Below, in pieces: positions 40,302 through 48,998 of a stretch of DNA of 64,000 nucleotides. The stretch comes from an uncultured Candidatus Saccharibacteria bacterium. Lineage in GTDB: Bacteria; Patescibacteriota; Minisyncoccia; Phycocordibacterales; PALSA-1337. The stretch lies in the NCBI GenBank assembly GCA_964529025.1, contig CAZGUZ010000002.1:6885-70884 (forward strand), written 5' to 3'. The first letter of the stretch is position 1. Each line of letters starts with the position of its first letter. The notes below the pieces were generated by a model that was not told where the DNA came from, did no database searches, and saw only the letters and a list, made by a program, of their open reading frames with translations. The translations under genes were made by a program, and so were the position numbers.

Positions 40302-42752
40302 TTATTCGCTTATCCCTTGTAATTGCTGAGCTTTTTTATATGATAGCGGACCAAAGGTTCCAGTTCCTGTTGTGTGGCCAAGTGGGGCAAGTATGTCTGC
40401 ACTATAAGCCTCTTGATAACGCTTAACAGCTAAGTATGTTCGCACTGAATATAAATCAGTTTCATTTCCCAAAGAGCCTGGACCAGAGCGAGCAAGGTTA
40501 AATCCTAAACAATTCAAATACTTTTGTAGTCTTTGTACATCCTCACCTTTCATTCCTGAACGAAGTGTGCGATTAAGTGCGCCAAGCTTACATGAGGCAC
40601 TTACATTATGCTGAACATTTTGCTCAACACTAGGTTGCGCCACACTTTGTGCTACTTTTTGCACACTAGCCACTTGTGGCCATTCTTGCTGCAAGCGATC
40701 TGCTTCTTGTGACAAACCGAGGCGATTAAGATTTTGTATACGCTCGCGAACCGACGTCACTGAACGACTTCCTGTTTGTGCAGCTGACACTGGCGCTGTG
40801 CCGTACAAAGCAAAAACTGAAAAGTGAGGCGCTGTGCAACTTACTTGATTAAGACCAGTATTTACTGAACATGCATCAAGTTGCGACCAAGTTCCCGATC
40901 GATAGTGGTAGAGCGTAATTGTATTTTCATCGAGACCCTGAACATCGGCATCTGTATACGTATACGTAATTGTCACAGGAGTATTGAACGATTCAAGAAT
41001 GGTTGTGCCGTCGATAAGAGCGGTGACTTCAAATACAACAAGAGCGGCGCGCTCCTTATCAGCAGTAGCGTCACCAATTCCCGACAAAACATCTGCAGCT
41101 GGCAAAGCTTTGATCTGAATAACGATAGAAGATGACGATGCTGTAACAAACTCTGGTACCTCTACAGTAAACGTTCTGCCATCATCAACAAACTCTATTG
41201 TTGATGTAGCATCGGTACTTACCGTCGTCGTAGTTGCTGCCGTTGGAGTCTGACTTGCAGGACAACCAAGAGTTGTAATTGCCGTTGTCGATGTTGCGGT
41301 ATTGCCCGTTGCGTCTCTTGATACAAGATCGAGTGTGTATGCAATACACGGAACTAATGAAGAAAGAGTAACTTCATGTTCTGTCACACGCGTAGAAGTA
41401 TTAATTTCTGGTGTTGAAGAGCTCACCCCAGGACCAACTTGAAACCAAACCTTAGAAGAAGCGAGCTCATTTGTATTCCATGTCACAATTGCCGAAGTTG
41501 TAGCAATTTCAGTTGCCACATTTGTTATTACTGGAGCTGTTGTATCTGATGTTGTTAAACGCCATTCTGAGCTTTCGGTAATTCCAGCAAAGTTATTACT
41601 CGAAGCATCACGCAAAGCGCCGTTCGGAATAATAACGTAGAGTTGAGTACCCTCAGGTAAGTTTACTGTTGGATTAATGGTAATTTGTGTTGTACCTCCA
41701 CCTGTTACTGCTCCACTTGTTACATCGATAGTTTCTACAGTACTGTCGTCTGATACTTTCTTAATAAGAATATTACCCGAGTTTGGACTTACTGCTTTAC
41801 TCAAAGTAATAACCAAATTTGTTGAAGAACTTACGAGGGTTGCGCCATTCACCGGCGACAGTGTTGCCACAGCAGGAACATCAGCAGTTACCACAGAAAT
41901 TGTTGTAGCAACTACGGTAGGCAGATTCCCCGGTGTACCAAATTCTGCAACGTATCCAGAAAGATTATTACTTGTACAATTTAGGTCGTTCCATTTAGTG
42001 GTAGAAATATAAAATTGAATACAATCTTCACCAGGAGTACCATTCAGCCAGTCATTAGGCTCACCCGAGCTCCAGTTTGCATATTGTCCAGGAGCAGCCG
42101 AACCACCAGAGGCACCTGTCCAGAACAATGTACCCGATTCAGGTCCTGTAACCCAACGCCACTGCCCTTCGGTTCCTTCATCACTACCACCAACCCAACC
42201 ATCACCCTGCAAACGTGCAGCCACGAAATCATTCTCTGCCTGAGAAGTAATTGTTGCCAAGTAGCCACTTACACCGTATGCAGACTGTGTTGCAGCTTGA
42301 GTCCGTGCATTAAGAGCATTAATACTACCCGTTATGAATTTATACAAATGACCATTGTCAGGAAAAAATACTTCCCCAGGTTCAACCAAAGAGACTTCAA
42401 GTGTGTCAGTGCCGGTGCTTGCGCGCGAATATTTAAGTGTAGCTAAAGCGTTATTAATGTTTGCTACAGTTCCATTAAAACTCACTGTTGTTCCAGAACT
42501 TGGACCGCTAAAAGTAAGGCCCGTAGTAGAAGTCATCGATAGAGTTCCGTATGTTGAACGCAAACGAACCGGCGTTGTTGAAGCAGAAGGTCCAACAATT
42601 TGAAAACCAGTAATTGATGTAGCCACACTTGGTGTCGTTGTTGCATTGTCACCACTTTGAAGTGTAAGGGCCGCTTGTGCATATGAAGCATACCCCAGGA
42701 GGAGCATACTATAAAATACTGTACTCAGAAGAAAGCCGAGTCCTTTTTTCAT
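40302..42752 (-). CDS. Surface protein with C-type lectin, Ig-like, FN3 and C-terminal peptidoglycan-binding domains
   Basis: GYLATITSQAEN, WVGGSD, YANWSSGEPND, WNDL; GEDVQRLQKYLN...GPGSLGNET. Confidence 0.85.
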   Translation of the reverse strand: MKKGLGFLLSTVFYSMLLLGYASYAQAALTLQSGDNATTTPSVATSITGFQIVGPSASTTPVRLRSTYGTLSMTSTTGLTFSGPSSGTTVSFNGTVANINNALATLKYSRASTGTDTLEVSLVEPGEVFFPDNGHLYKFITGSINALNARTQAATQSAYGVSGYLATITSQAENDFVAARLQGDGWVGGSDEGTEGQWRWVTGPESGTLFWTGASGGSAAPGQYANWSSGEPNDWLNGTPGEDCIQFYISTTKWNDLNCTSNNLSGYVAEFGTPGNLPTVVATTISVVTADVPAVATLSPVNGATLVSSSTNLVITLSKAVSPNSGNILIKKVSDDSTVETIDVTSGAVTGGGTTQITINPTVNLPEGTQLYVIIPNGALRDASSNNFAGITESSEWRLTTSDTTAPVITNVATEIATTSAIVTWNTNELASSKVWFQVGPGVSSSTPEINTSTRVTEHEVTLSSLVPCIAYTLDLVSRDATGNTATSTTAITTLGCPASQTPTAATTTTVSTDATSTIEFVDDGRTFTVEVPEFVTASSSSIVIQIKALPAADVLSGIGDATADKERAALVVFEVTALIDGTTILESFNTPVTITYTYTDADVQGLDENTITLYHYRSGTWSQLDACSVNTGLNQVSCTAPHFSVFALYGTAPVSAAQTGSRSVTSVRERIQNLNRLGLSQEADRLQQEWPQVASVQKVAQSVAQPSVEQNVQHNVSASCKLGALNRTLRSGMKGEDVQRLQKYLNCLGFNLARSGPGSLGNETDLYSVRTYLAVKRYQEAYSADILAPLGHTTGTGTFGPLSYKKAQQLQGISE

Positions 42753-42819
42753 AAGTATAGTATACCACCAGTTAAACTTCTTTTGTGCTAGAGTTGTTCA
42801 ACTTTTCGCATATATCGCT

Positions 42820-43563
42820 CTATCTTCTTCCGCGAATCTTACTAATAAGTCGGAGTACTTCGATATACAACCAGACAAGAGTAACAAGGAGTCCGAAACT
42901 TGCATACCACTCCATGTATTTTACAAAGCCTTGCTCGACACTTCGTTCAATAAAGTCAAAATCAAGAATCAAATTAAGAGCAGCAATTCCTGCTACAAAT
43001 AATGTAAATAGGATTCCGTAAATTGAATTGCTATTTATAAGTGGAAGGTCGCCACCAAAGAACATGAAAACAAGGTTAAGTACGTAGTAAATTGCAATAC
43101 CTGCTGTGGCAAAAATTATTACCTTTGCAAACCTTTGCGTTACACGAATTAACTTAAATTTATATGCAAAGAGCATTCCTACAAAAATACTCACAGTTAC
43201 GAGCACAGCTTGTACGACAATACCTTCGTACTGACTTTCAAAAATTCGTGAGATGATTCCCAAAACACACCCTTCAACAATAGCGTAAATTGGAGCAAGT
43301 ACTGGTGCCGTATGCTTTTTCCAAATAATAATCAAAGCAAGGATGAGACCTACAATGATCGATGCGAATAAAACAATAATTCCATATGCATGATGCGCAA
43401 ATGTCCAACTCGTGATTCCTGAGGCTATAACCAAAGCAAGGAGTATTGCTGACTTTGATATAACACCATTAAGTGTCATTTTTTCACCTTCGAGAGTTGC
43501 GACTTCTTGATTAAAAGCTTTTTCTGTCAAAACAGGGCTTTGTGTCTGATTCGTATTGTTCAT
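42820..43563 (-). CDS. Bax inhibitor-1/YccA family membrane protein
   Basis: MTLNGVISKS, APIYAIVEG, LILDFDFIE, EWYASFGLLVTLVWLYIEVLRL; start at ATG 43563 after TATACT. Confidence 0.9.
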   Translation of the reverse strand: MNNTNQTQSPVLTEKAFNQEVATLEGEKMTLNGVISKSAILLALVIASGITSWTFAHHAYGIIVLFASIIVGLILALIIIWKKHTAPVLAPIYAIVEGCVLGIISRIFESQYEGIVVQAVLVTVSIFVGMLFAYKFKLIRVTQRFAKVIIFATAGIAIYYVLNLVFMFFGGDLPLINSNSIYGILFTLFVAGIAALNLILDFDFIERSVEQGFVKYMEWYASFGLLVTLVWLYIEVLRLISKIRGRR

Positions 43564-43596
43564 ATACTTAGTATATACGAGCCAACTATATACAAC

Positions 43597-43622
43597 AAAC
43601 CGCCCCGAAGGGCGGTCTTTTT
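43597..43622. terminator. Terminator after CYTH gene
   Basis: ACCGCCC-CGAA-GGGCGGT hairpin. Confidence 0.7.
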
Positions 43623-43666
43623 GATTGGGCATATAGTGATGTTTGGCATCACTACGCCCGAGCGAG

Positions 43667-44302
43667 CTACTTGCCCTCCATGGCGAGGGCGAGGTAACTG
43701 GGAGATTTGACGATTTCCTCGACCTTGATGTTAAGGATACCGGAAAGGACACGGAGAAGCGCCTGCTCAAGAGCAGGAACTTCGTCCTTGTTTTCGGTAA
43801 CGACCTCGGCTTCGATAAAAAATCGAGCACTTCCACCTCGGGTAAGTGTGACCTGATCGAGTGCGATCGTAACATCGCGCCCATCAAGACCAAGACCAAA
43901 AGTTTGCAAGCTGTACTCATCCCTCTTCTTATTGATATCACGCTTGGGTAGCGTTGGCCAAGAATGTCCAGCAAACTCGTAATGCTGGGCAGCGGTATGT
44001 TTAGCCTTAGCCTCAGCACGAGTCCAAACTCCACCAGCGAGAACCCACTCCTTGGTGGTAATGTCGTAGATGGGTTCAACCGTACCGTTATACCGGTTTA
44101 TCGTTCTATCAAGCCGAAGCCTGACAAACGAATAGTCAATCCTTCCACCAATGGTGACAGGAACGACAAACAGATACGCATCATAGGTTTCGAGTGTCAC
44201 ATCAGACAGCACGGCGCCGAATTCAACAAGTCGGCGATCGAGTGTTGCCCACACACTTGCAGTTAACTCTACTTTCACTTCCACCTCATATCTTTCACTC
44301 AT
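43667..44302 (-). CDS. CYTH-domain (triphosphate tunnel metalloenzyme) protein
   Basis: ExExK (EVEVK), DAY, VRLR, KKRDEY, IALDQV, FIEAEV, SY; GGAGG SD; TTGACA-16-TAATGT promoter. Confidence 0.75.
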   Translation of the reverse strand: MSERYEVEVKVELTASVWATLDRRLVEFGAVLSDVTLETYDAYLFVVPVTIGGRIDYSFVRLRLDRTINRYNGTVEPIYDITTKEWVLAGGVWTRAEAKAKHTAAQHYEFAGHSWPTLPKRDINKKRDEYSLQTFGLGLDGRDVTIALDQVTLTRGGSARFFIEAEVVTENKDEVPALEQALLRVLSGILNIKVEEIVKSPSYLALAMEGK

Positions 44303-44361
44303 ATATATACCTCCTCACACACATTAGCGTTTTGGGGGTATATGTCAAGATGATACAAAAC

Positions 44362-44383
44362 AAAACTGCCCTTAGGGCAGTTT
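44362..44383 (-). terminator. Terminator after DUF1761 gene
   Basis: AAACTGCCC-TTA-GGGCAGTTT. Confidence 0.7.
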
Positions 44384-44437
44384 GTCATTTACTATGAATC
44401 ACTCGTCGCCTAAAGCGACCTCTATACCGATCCTCTC

Positions 44438-44887
44438 CTAAGCAAACAAAACTGCGAGGAAAGCAATTACAAGAATAGTTACAAGACTTGAAAGTGTGTC
44501 AGAGAAGAATTTTTTCCAAACAATTGAGCGGTCAACATTGCTCCACAAAAGACCTGATCCCATTGTTGGCACCACAAAACATAGCCAGTTGAAAACTGGA
44601 AAAGCTACAGCCATTCCTACTGACAAACCGTTCGTTAAACTCATCTGAACCATAAAGACAACTGCGAATGCTGTAAGAAATGACAATCCCATCTGTGCGC
44701 CGTATACCTTGGGCATTTGTGGCTTAGCTTCAGCAATCTTTTGCTGCTGTTCTTCGCGACTCAAAGCATCGAAACCAAGAGATTTCATGTGGAGCTTTCC
44801 CATGGGTGTTGCTCCTGAATACCACACTGTTCCAATAACTGCTGCCAAGACTGCACCAACTACCGAAAGGATAAGTATTGTTATCAT
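44438..44887 (-). CDS. DUF1761-like membrane protein
   Basis: VIGTVWYS..TPMGK; four TMs. Confidence 0.7.
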   Translation of the reverse strand: MITILILSVVGAVLAAVIGTVWYSGATPMGKLHMKSLGFDALSREEQQQKIAEAKPQMPKVYGAQMGLSFLTAFAVVFMVQMSLTNGLSVGMAVAFPVFNWLCFVVPTMGSGLLWSNVDRSIVWKKFFSDTLSSLVTILVIAFLAVLFA

Positions 44888-44951
44888 ATATTTATTTTAT
44901 TACCCCAATAATATCATGTTTGGTGCAACTGAGGAATTAGAGTACCCCATT

Positions 44952-44979
44952 AAAAAGCACGCTCTTTCGAGCGTGCTTT
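44952..44979 (-). terminator. Intrinsic terminator
   Basis: Minus strand AAAGCACGCTC-GAAA-GAGCGTGCTTTTT. Confidence 0.8.
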
Positions 44980-44982
44980 GTA

Positions 44983-45780
44983 TTAGTGCAAAGATACGGG
45001 GTTATGCAACACTGCTGCACCGGCTTTAATGAAGCACCTGATTCGCCCCGTGGTATGGATACAAATGAATGTTCCAGCACTTGCGGCGTATCGCCCGAGC
45101 ACCATGAATTCAGCAATACTTTTGGTAATTGCGCGGCTCAGAAACCGCATATCGATACTCCGACGAATGCAATATTCTTGCCGTTCGGGAGTAAGCGCGC
45201 GCACGAGTGGCCGAAACAATTCTGAAGAAATACTCATTTCTTCTTTCATCTTTTCTTCGGCAACGCTAATGGTTGGCATATACCTGTCCATTTCTTGGAC
45301 ACTGTAACGACTACCCTGCAGACCTGAGCGAGTTCGCGCAATCATATCGAGCACTGCATGACGGTCGCTCTCGGTTTGTTTCTTTCCGTATGTGGCAAAC
45401 AAGAACACCACACTATGTACCGGAATAATTGCATGGACCTTATCAAGAAAGTCCACGTGTTGTTGAATGATAGTAGGTAGCCCATCTGTATGAGCAATAC
45501 CACTTCGATCAAGACATACGGGGCAAATAATGCGTATTCCAGCATTATCACCACGAATGTTTGATTGCACCAAAGAATGACCGATATTGATAAGAGCCTT
45601 TCGGCTAATTGACCAATACCCCGTCAGTTCAATGAGTTGCATGAGTGTGGTTTGCACGCTCTGCAACTGTTCCTGATCAAGATGCTTGGAAGCACCTCGC
45701 GCAATTGCTGTCATGATGCGGCGCCAATTAAGGCTCGCACCTTGCAGCTTTTCGATATTTCTACCGTATTCTGTGTTCAT
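44983..45780 (-). CDS. Hypothetical cytoplasmic protein, attenuator-controlled
   Basis: 265-aa ORF with CPVC motif; own terminator; family not recognised. Confidence 0.7.
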   Translation of the reverse strand: MNTEYGRNIEKLQGASLNWRRIMTAIARGASKHLDQEQLQSVQTTLMQLIELTGYWSISRKALINIGHSLVQSNIRGDNAGIRIICPVCLDRSGIAHTDGLPTIIQQHVDFLDKVHAIIPVHSVVFLFATYGKKQTESDRHAVLDMIARTRSGLQGSRYSVQEMDRYMPTISVAEEKMKEEMSISSELFRPLVRALTPERQEYCIRRSIDMRFLSRAITKSIAEFMVLGRYAASAGTFICIHTTGRIRCFIKAGAAVLHNPVSLH

Positions 45781-45805
45781 ATAAAGAGCAAAGAGCCATT
45801 TTTTA

Positions 45806-45958
45806 TAACAAAAAACTGGCTCCGTATGGAACCAGTTTTAATGTTGTACAAGACCGTATCGAGTACCTACCAACAAAAAACTGGTTCGAGCGGGCTCTGC
45901 CAATAATTAAGTGATGGGTTGTGTGAAATAAAATATTTCATTTGTTGCATTTATACTA
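45806..45958 (-). promoter_or_regulatory. Putative ribosome-coupled transcription attenuator
   Basis: uORF 45867-45941 MKYFISHNPSLNYWQSPLEPVFCW; terminator AAAACTGGTTCC-ATAC-GGAGCCAGTTTTTT; antiterminator GAACCAGTTTT inside uORF. Confidence 0.7.
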
Positions 45959-46016
45959 GCAAAATTATTTTTATGTGTAAAATGCGAGTGCTTTTATTGT
46001 GACGAATTTCTATAGA

Positions 46017-46391
46017 CTAATTTCCAAACCACGAACGCTGCCAATTTTGCATATCAGCTATTTCTTTATTTTGCGCAGTAATTATTGCCTGAGAAAGTTC
46101 GCGTATTTCTTTGCGTTCCGAGCTCTTAAGAGCGAGTTCGGCCATTTGCACAGCACCTTGATGATGCACAATCATTTCCGAAATAAATGCTTTATCAAAA
46201 TCATTTCCCTTTTTACCTTCAAGGGCGGCATTCATTGAATGCATCATATCAGTCATACTCATAGTGTGCGGAATCGATGTATGCATATAATTCGCCGAGC
46301 CAAAAAGGTTTTGTGCAAGAAATCCTACAGCCAAACCAATAACCAAACAGATTGCGCCGACTAAATATGTTGTTGAGGATGTTGTGTTCAT
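46017..46391 (-). CDS. DUF305 domain protein
   Basis: FDKAFISEMIVHHQGAVQMA...IITAQNKEI. Confidence 0.9.
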   Translation of the reverse strand: MNTTSSTTYLVGAICLVIGLAVGFLAQNLFGSANYMHTSIPHTMSMTDMMHSMNAALEGKKGNDFDKAFISEMIVHHQGAVQMAELALKSSERKEIRELSQAIITAQNKEIADMQNWQRSWFGN

Positions 46392-46398
46392 AATTGTA

Positions 46399-48534
46399 TT
46401 ATCTAACTTCGAGTGACAATGTTCCTATTGTATATGTTCCGTGAACGCCTGTACAATGCACACTAATATCATACGTACCTGGTTCAACACTCGAAGTGGT
46501 TGATACTATTCCAGTATCTTGATCAATCGTAATATTTGAATAGCTATCTGATGATCCACCTGAAATAGTAGCGATTGAACAGTTACTGTAGTAACCAATG
46601 ACACCGGTACTTGTTTCGCCAGCTTGAATTGTTTGTGTTGAATCTGCATATGGCGAAGCATCAAAACCGCTCAAGACATAAGGAGTATTTACTGCAATTG
46701 ATCGCCAAATTGTCCCGATACCCGTCAATACAATATCGGCATGCGACGACGTCCAACCAGAAACCCCATTAGCTGCTTCAGAGTAGCCTCCTGAAATCGA
46801 AGCTGAAAAACCTCCGCTTCCTGTAAAGCCTTGATCGGATAAACCTGCTCCAGCTGTATAGACATTACTTGCCGACACTCCAGTGAACGACGTTCCGAAT
46901 ATACCACCTGAACTTGACCCTCCCATGTCTCCGGTTGTGTATGAATTAGAAACTGTGCTGAGCGAAGCATTTGAACCAACAATACCACCACCGCCCGAAG
47001 ATATTGCACCCGTACTATAAGAATCGCTCACCGCTGCAGAGTTTGAACCCAAGCCAACAATTCCTCCACCATTTATACCGATAGCACCTGTCGAATAACA
47101 TCTTGAAACACTTACCATTTCGCTATTTGCACCAACAATTCCGCCTCCACCGGTACTTATATCACCGCTACTACTACAATATTCAAACTCATTACCGTTA
47201 GAGCCCTTTCCAAAGTAGCGCTGCCCTAGCCATCCAGCATTTGTTGCAAGGGTACTACTAACTTCATTCACAGCAATATTTGATACCGTAACATTATTGT
47301 ATCCATCAGCAACCGCTGTTCCGTTTTGAATAAAACCAGGGTAATTACTTACAGTATGTACCGTAATAATTGTTGGTTGTGTAGAGTTGCCGTTTTCACC
47401 TCTAATTTCAATATCATCAGAACCGATAATGATGTAAGAGTTTGCTGAACTTATCGTAAAATCACCCACAAGATGTACAACAAGAGTTCCTGAACCACCA
47501 TTTTGTATTGTTGGGAACAACGTTTGTGTCCAACTATTTCCATCGCCGCTAAACTCAAGTTCACTACCGTTTTGACGAAGATATAAAGTATCAACACCCA
47601 CGAGCGTTGCCCCAACACCTGCAGCTATAACTGCACTTTCAAAACCAACCGTACACGAACCAGTAATTGTCCCTGTTGTATATGTTGAATGCACCCATGT
47701 TCCCGTTGGGCATGTACCACTAACAGTACCTAAACCGTACCCTAATCCAGACTCTGCGGTGAATGACGCTGTTGAACCATGATTAACAGTTCGCGCTCCA
47801 CTCGGTGAGATTCCAATACCACTCAATATTACGGTGTACGAATTAATTGAAGCATTAAAGATTACTGAACATGAAGCATTAATTGCTCCTGTGGTATATA
47901 TCGAACCGTTCCATGTTCCAGCTGGACAGGTTCCACCAACACTTATGGTATATCCCGTTGGAGCGGTAACTGTATATGATTCAGTTGCACCAAAAGAAGT
48001 AATACGCGGTGATAGTGAACTTACTGTTACATTACTACCCGCACTCGACAATACAGCATATGAATTTGAAGAGCCTCGGCCGCCCCTTGATTTACGCACC
48101 TTTGCTGTTGTTGTAGCTTCATCTTCTATAACTTCTTGAACGGGAACAATTTGCTGCTCTGCAATAAGTGAATTGTTAACAAAAGTACGCGTTGCCGAAA
48201 AGAAATTCCCTGTAGGGTATATTAAACCGAGCGGTGCTAATATTTGTTGCGAGAACTGCTGTTGGAGTCGCATTACAGCTGCCCGAGTTTTTGCTCCAAA
48301 AAATTGTGTCTCTTGCCCGAGTGAACCTTCACCTGATTCGGCAACATTAAAACCGTGAGTATTAAGGTATTTTTGAAGGCGCTCTACATCAATACCATTC
48401 GATCCTGGTTTAAGATCTTGCGTAAAAAGCTCTGGAGCTTGAGTCTGGGCTTGCGCTGCGTATGGGCTCAATTGTAAACAAAATACACCGAGCGCAATCA
48501 AACAAGTGTTCCCTAACGTACGCAAAATATTCAT
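46399..48534 (-). CDS. Secreted Gly/Ser-rich protein: N-terminal peptidoglycan-binding domain, two small beta repeats, GLUG-like repeats
   Basis: GIDVERLQKYLN..GF...GEGSLGQETQFFGAKTRAAV; GTCPxG repeats; YSTGAI..GGGIVG repeats. Confidence 0.8.
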   Translation of the reverse strand: MNILRTLGNTCLIALGVFCLQLSPYAAQAQTQAPELFTQDLKPGSNGIDVERLQKYLNTHGFNVAESGEGSLGQETQFFGAKTRAAVMRLQQQFSQQILAPLGLIYPTGNFFSATRTFVNNSLIAEQQIVPVQEVIEDEATTTAKVRKSRGGRGSSNSYAVLSSAGSNVTVSSLSPRITSFGATESYTVTAPTGYTISVGGTCPAGTWNGSIYTTGAINASCSVIFNASINSYTVILSGIGISPSGARTVNHGSTASFTAESGLGYGLGTVSGTCPTGTWVHSTYTTGTITGSCTVGFESAVIAAGVGATLVGVDTLYLRQNGSELEFSGDGNSWTQTLFPTIQNGGSGTLVVHLVGDFTISSANSYIIIGSDDIEIRGENGNSTQPTIITVHTVSNYPGFIQNGTAVADGYNNVTVSNIAVNEVSSTLATNAGWLGQRYFGKGSNGNEFEYCSSSGDISTGGGGIVGANSEMVSVSRCYSTGAIGINGGGIVGLGSNSAAVSDSYSTGAISSGGGGIVGSNASLSTVSNSYTTGDMGGSSSGGIFGTSFTGVSASNVYTAGAGLSDQGFTGSGGFSASISGGYSEAANGVSGWTSSHADIVLTGIGTIWRSIAVNTPYVLSGFDASPYADSTQTIQAGETSTGVIGYYSNCSIATISGGSSDSYSNITIDQDTGIVSTTSSVEPGTYDISVHCTGVHGTYTIGTLSLEVR

Positions 48535-48583
48535 AGTAAATTTTGAGTGAATTTACTTTATTGTATCACGTACCGCTTTTACT

Positions 48584-48949
48584 CTATACACACGAGCTGC
48601 CGTACATCTCGCCCTTAATCTTTTCGAGTTGAGCAATGACTGTTGAATCAGTGATTTTAGCAAAGCGTGGAAAAGTCTTACCGCCTTTTTCTACATTTCC
48701 CATCCACATTTCAAGTGGTCGATTATCAAAGCATGGAATACCTAAACTTTTTGAAGCTATGTATATAGATGCTTCATATAAAGGTCGATACACAACAAAA
48801 TGCTGTTCACCAGGGCGAGTATCATCTTCAGTATGAAAACCGACACCCATGACTTCATAGGCATAGTTATTTATTGCTCCCTGAGGATCATGCTTATAGT
48901 GATAGTACAAACCTTTTTCGGGCACACGTTGTGGTATGGGTAACGACAT
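48584..48949 (-). CDS. DUF1653-like protein
   Basis: GLYYHYK, YEVMGVGFHTE, VVYRPLY, RPLEMW, PRF. Confidence 0.8.
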   Translation of the reverse strand: MSLPIPQRVPEKGLYYHYKHDPQGAINNYAYEVMGVGFHTEDDTRPGEQHFVVYRPLYEASIYIASKSLGIPCFDNRPLEMWMGNVEKGGKTFPRFAKITDSTVIAQLEKIKGEMYGSSCV

Positions 48950-48998
48950 ATATTTTTTAATAATTATAGCGCACTTATAAGGGGTTGATACATTAATT

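Noticed and set aside
43564-44079. 172-codon N-terminal extension of the BI-1/YccA ORF overlapping the CYTH gene
   Set aside because: It crosses a terminator and another gene's frame; the family-like sequence begins at ATG 43563 with its own TATACT.
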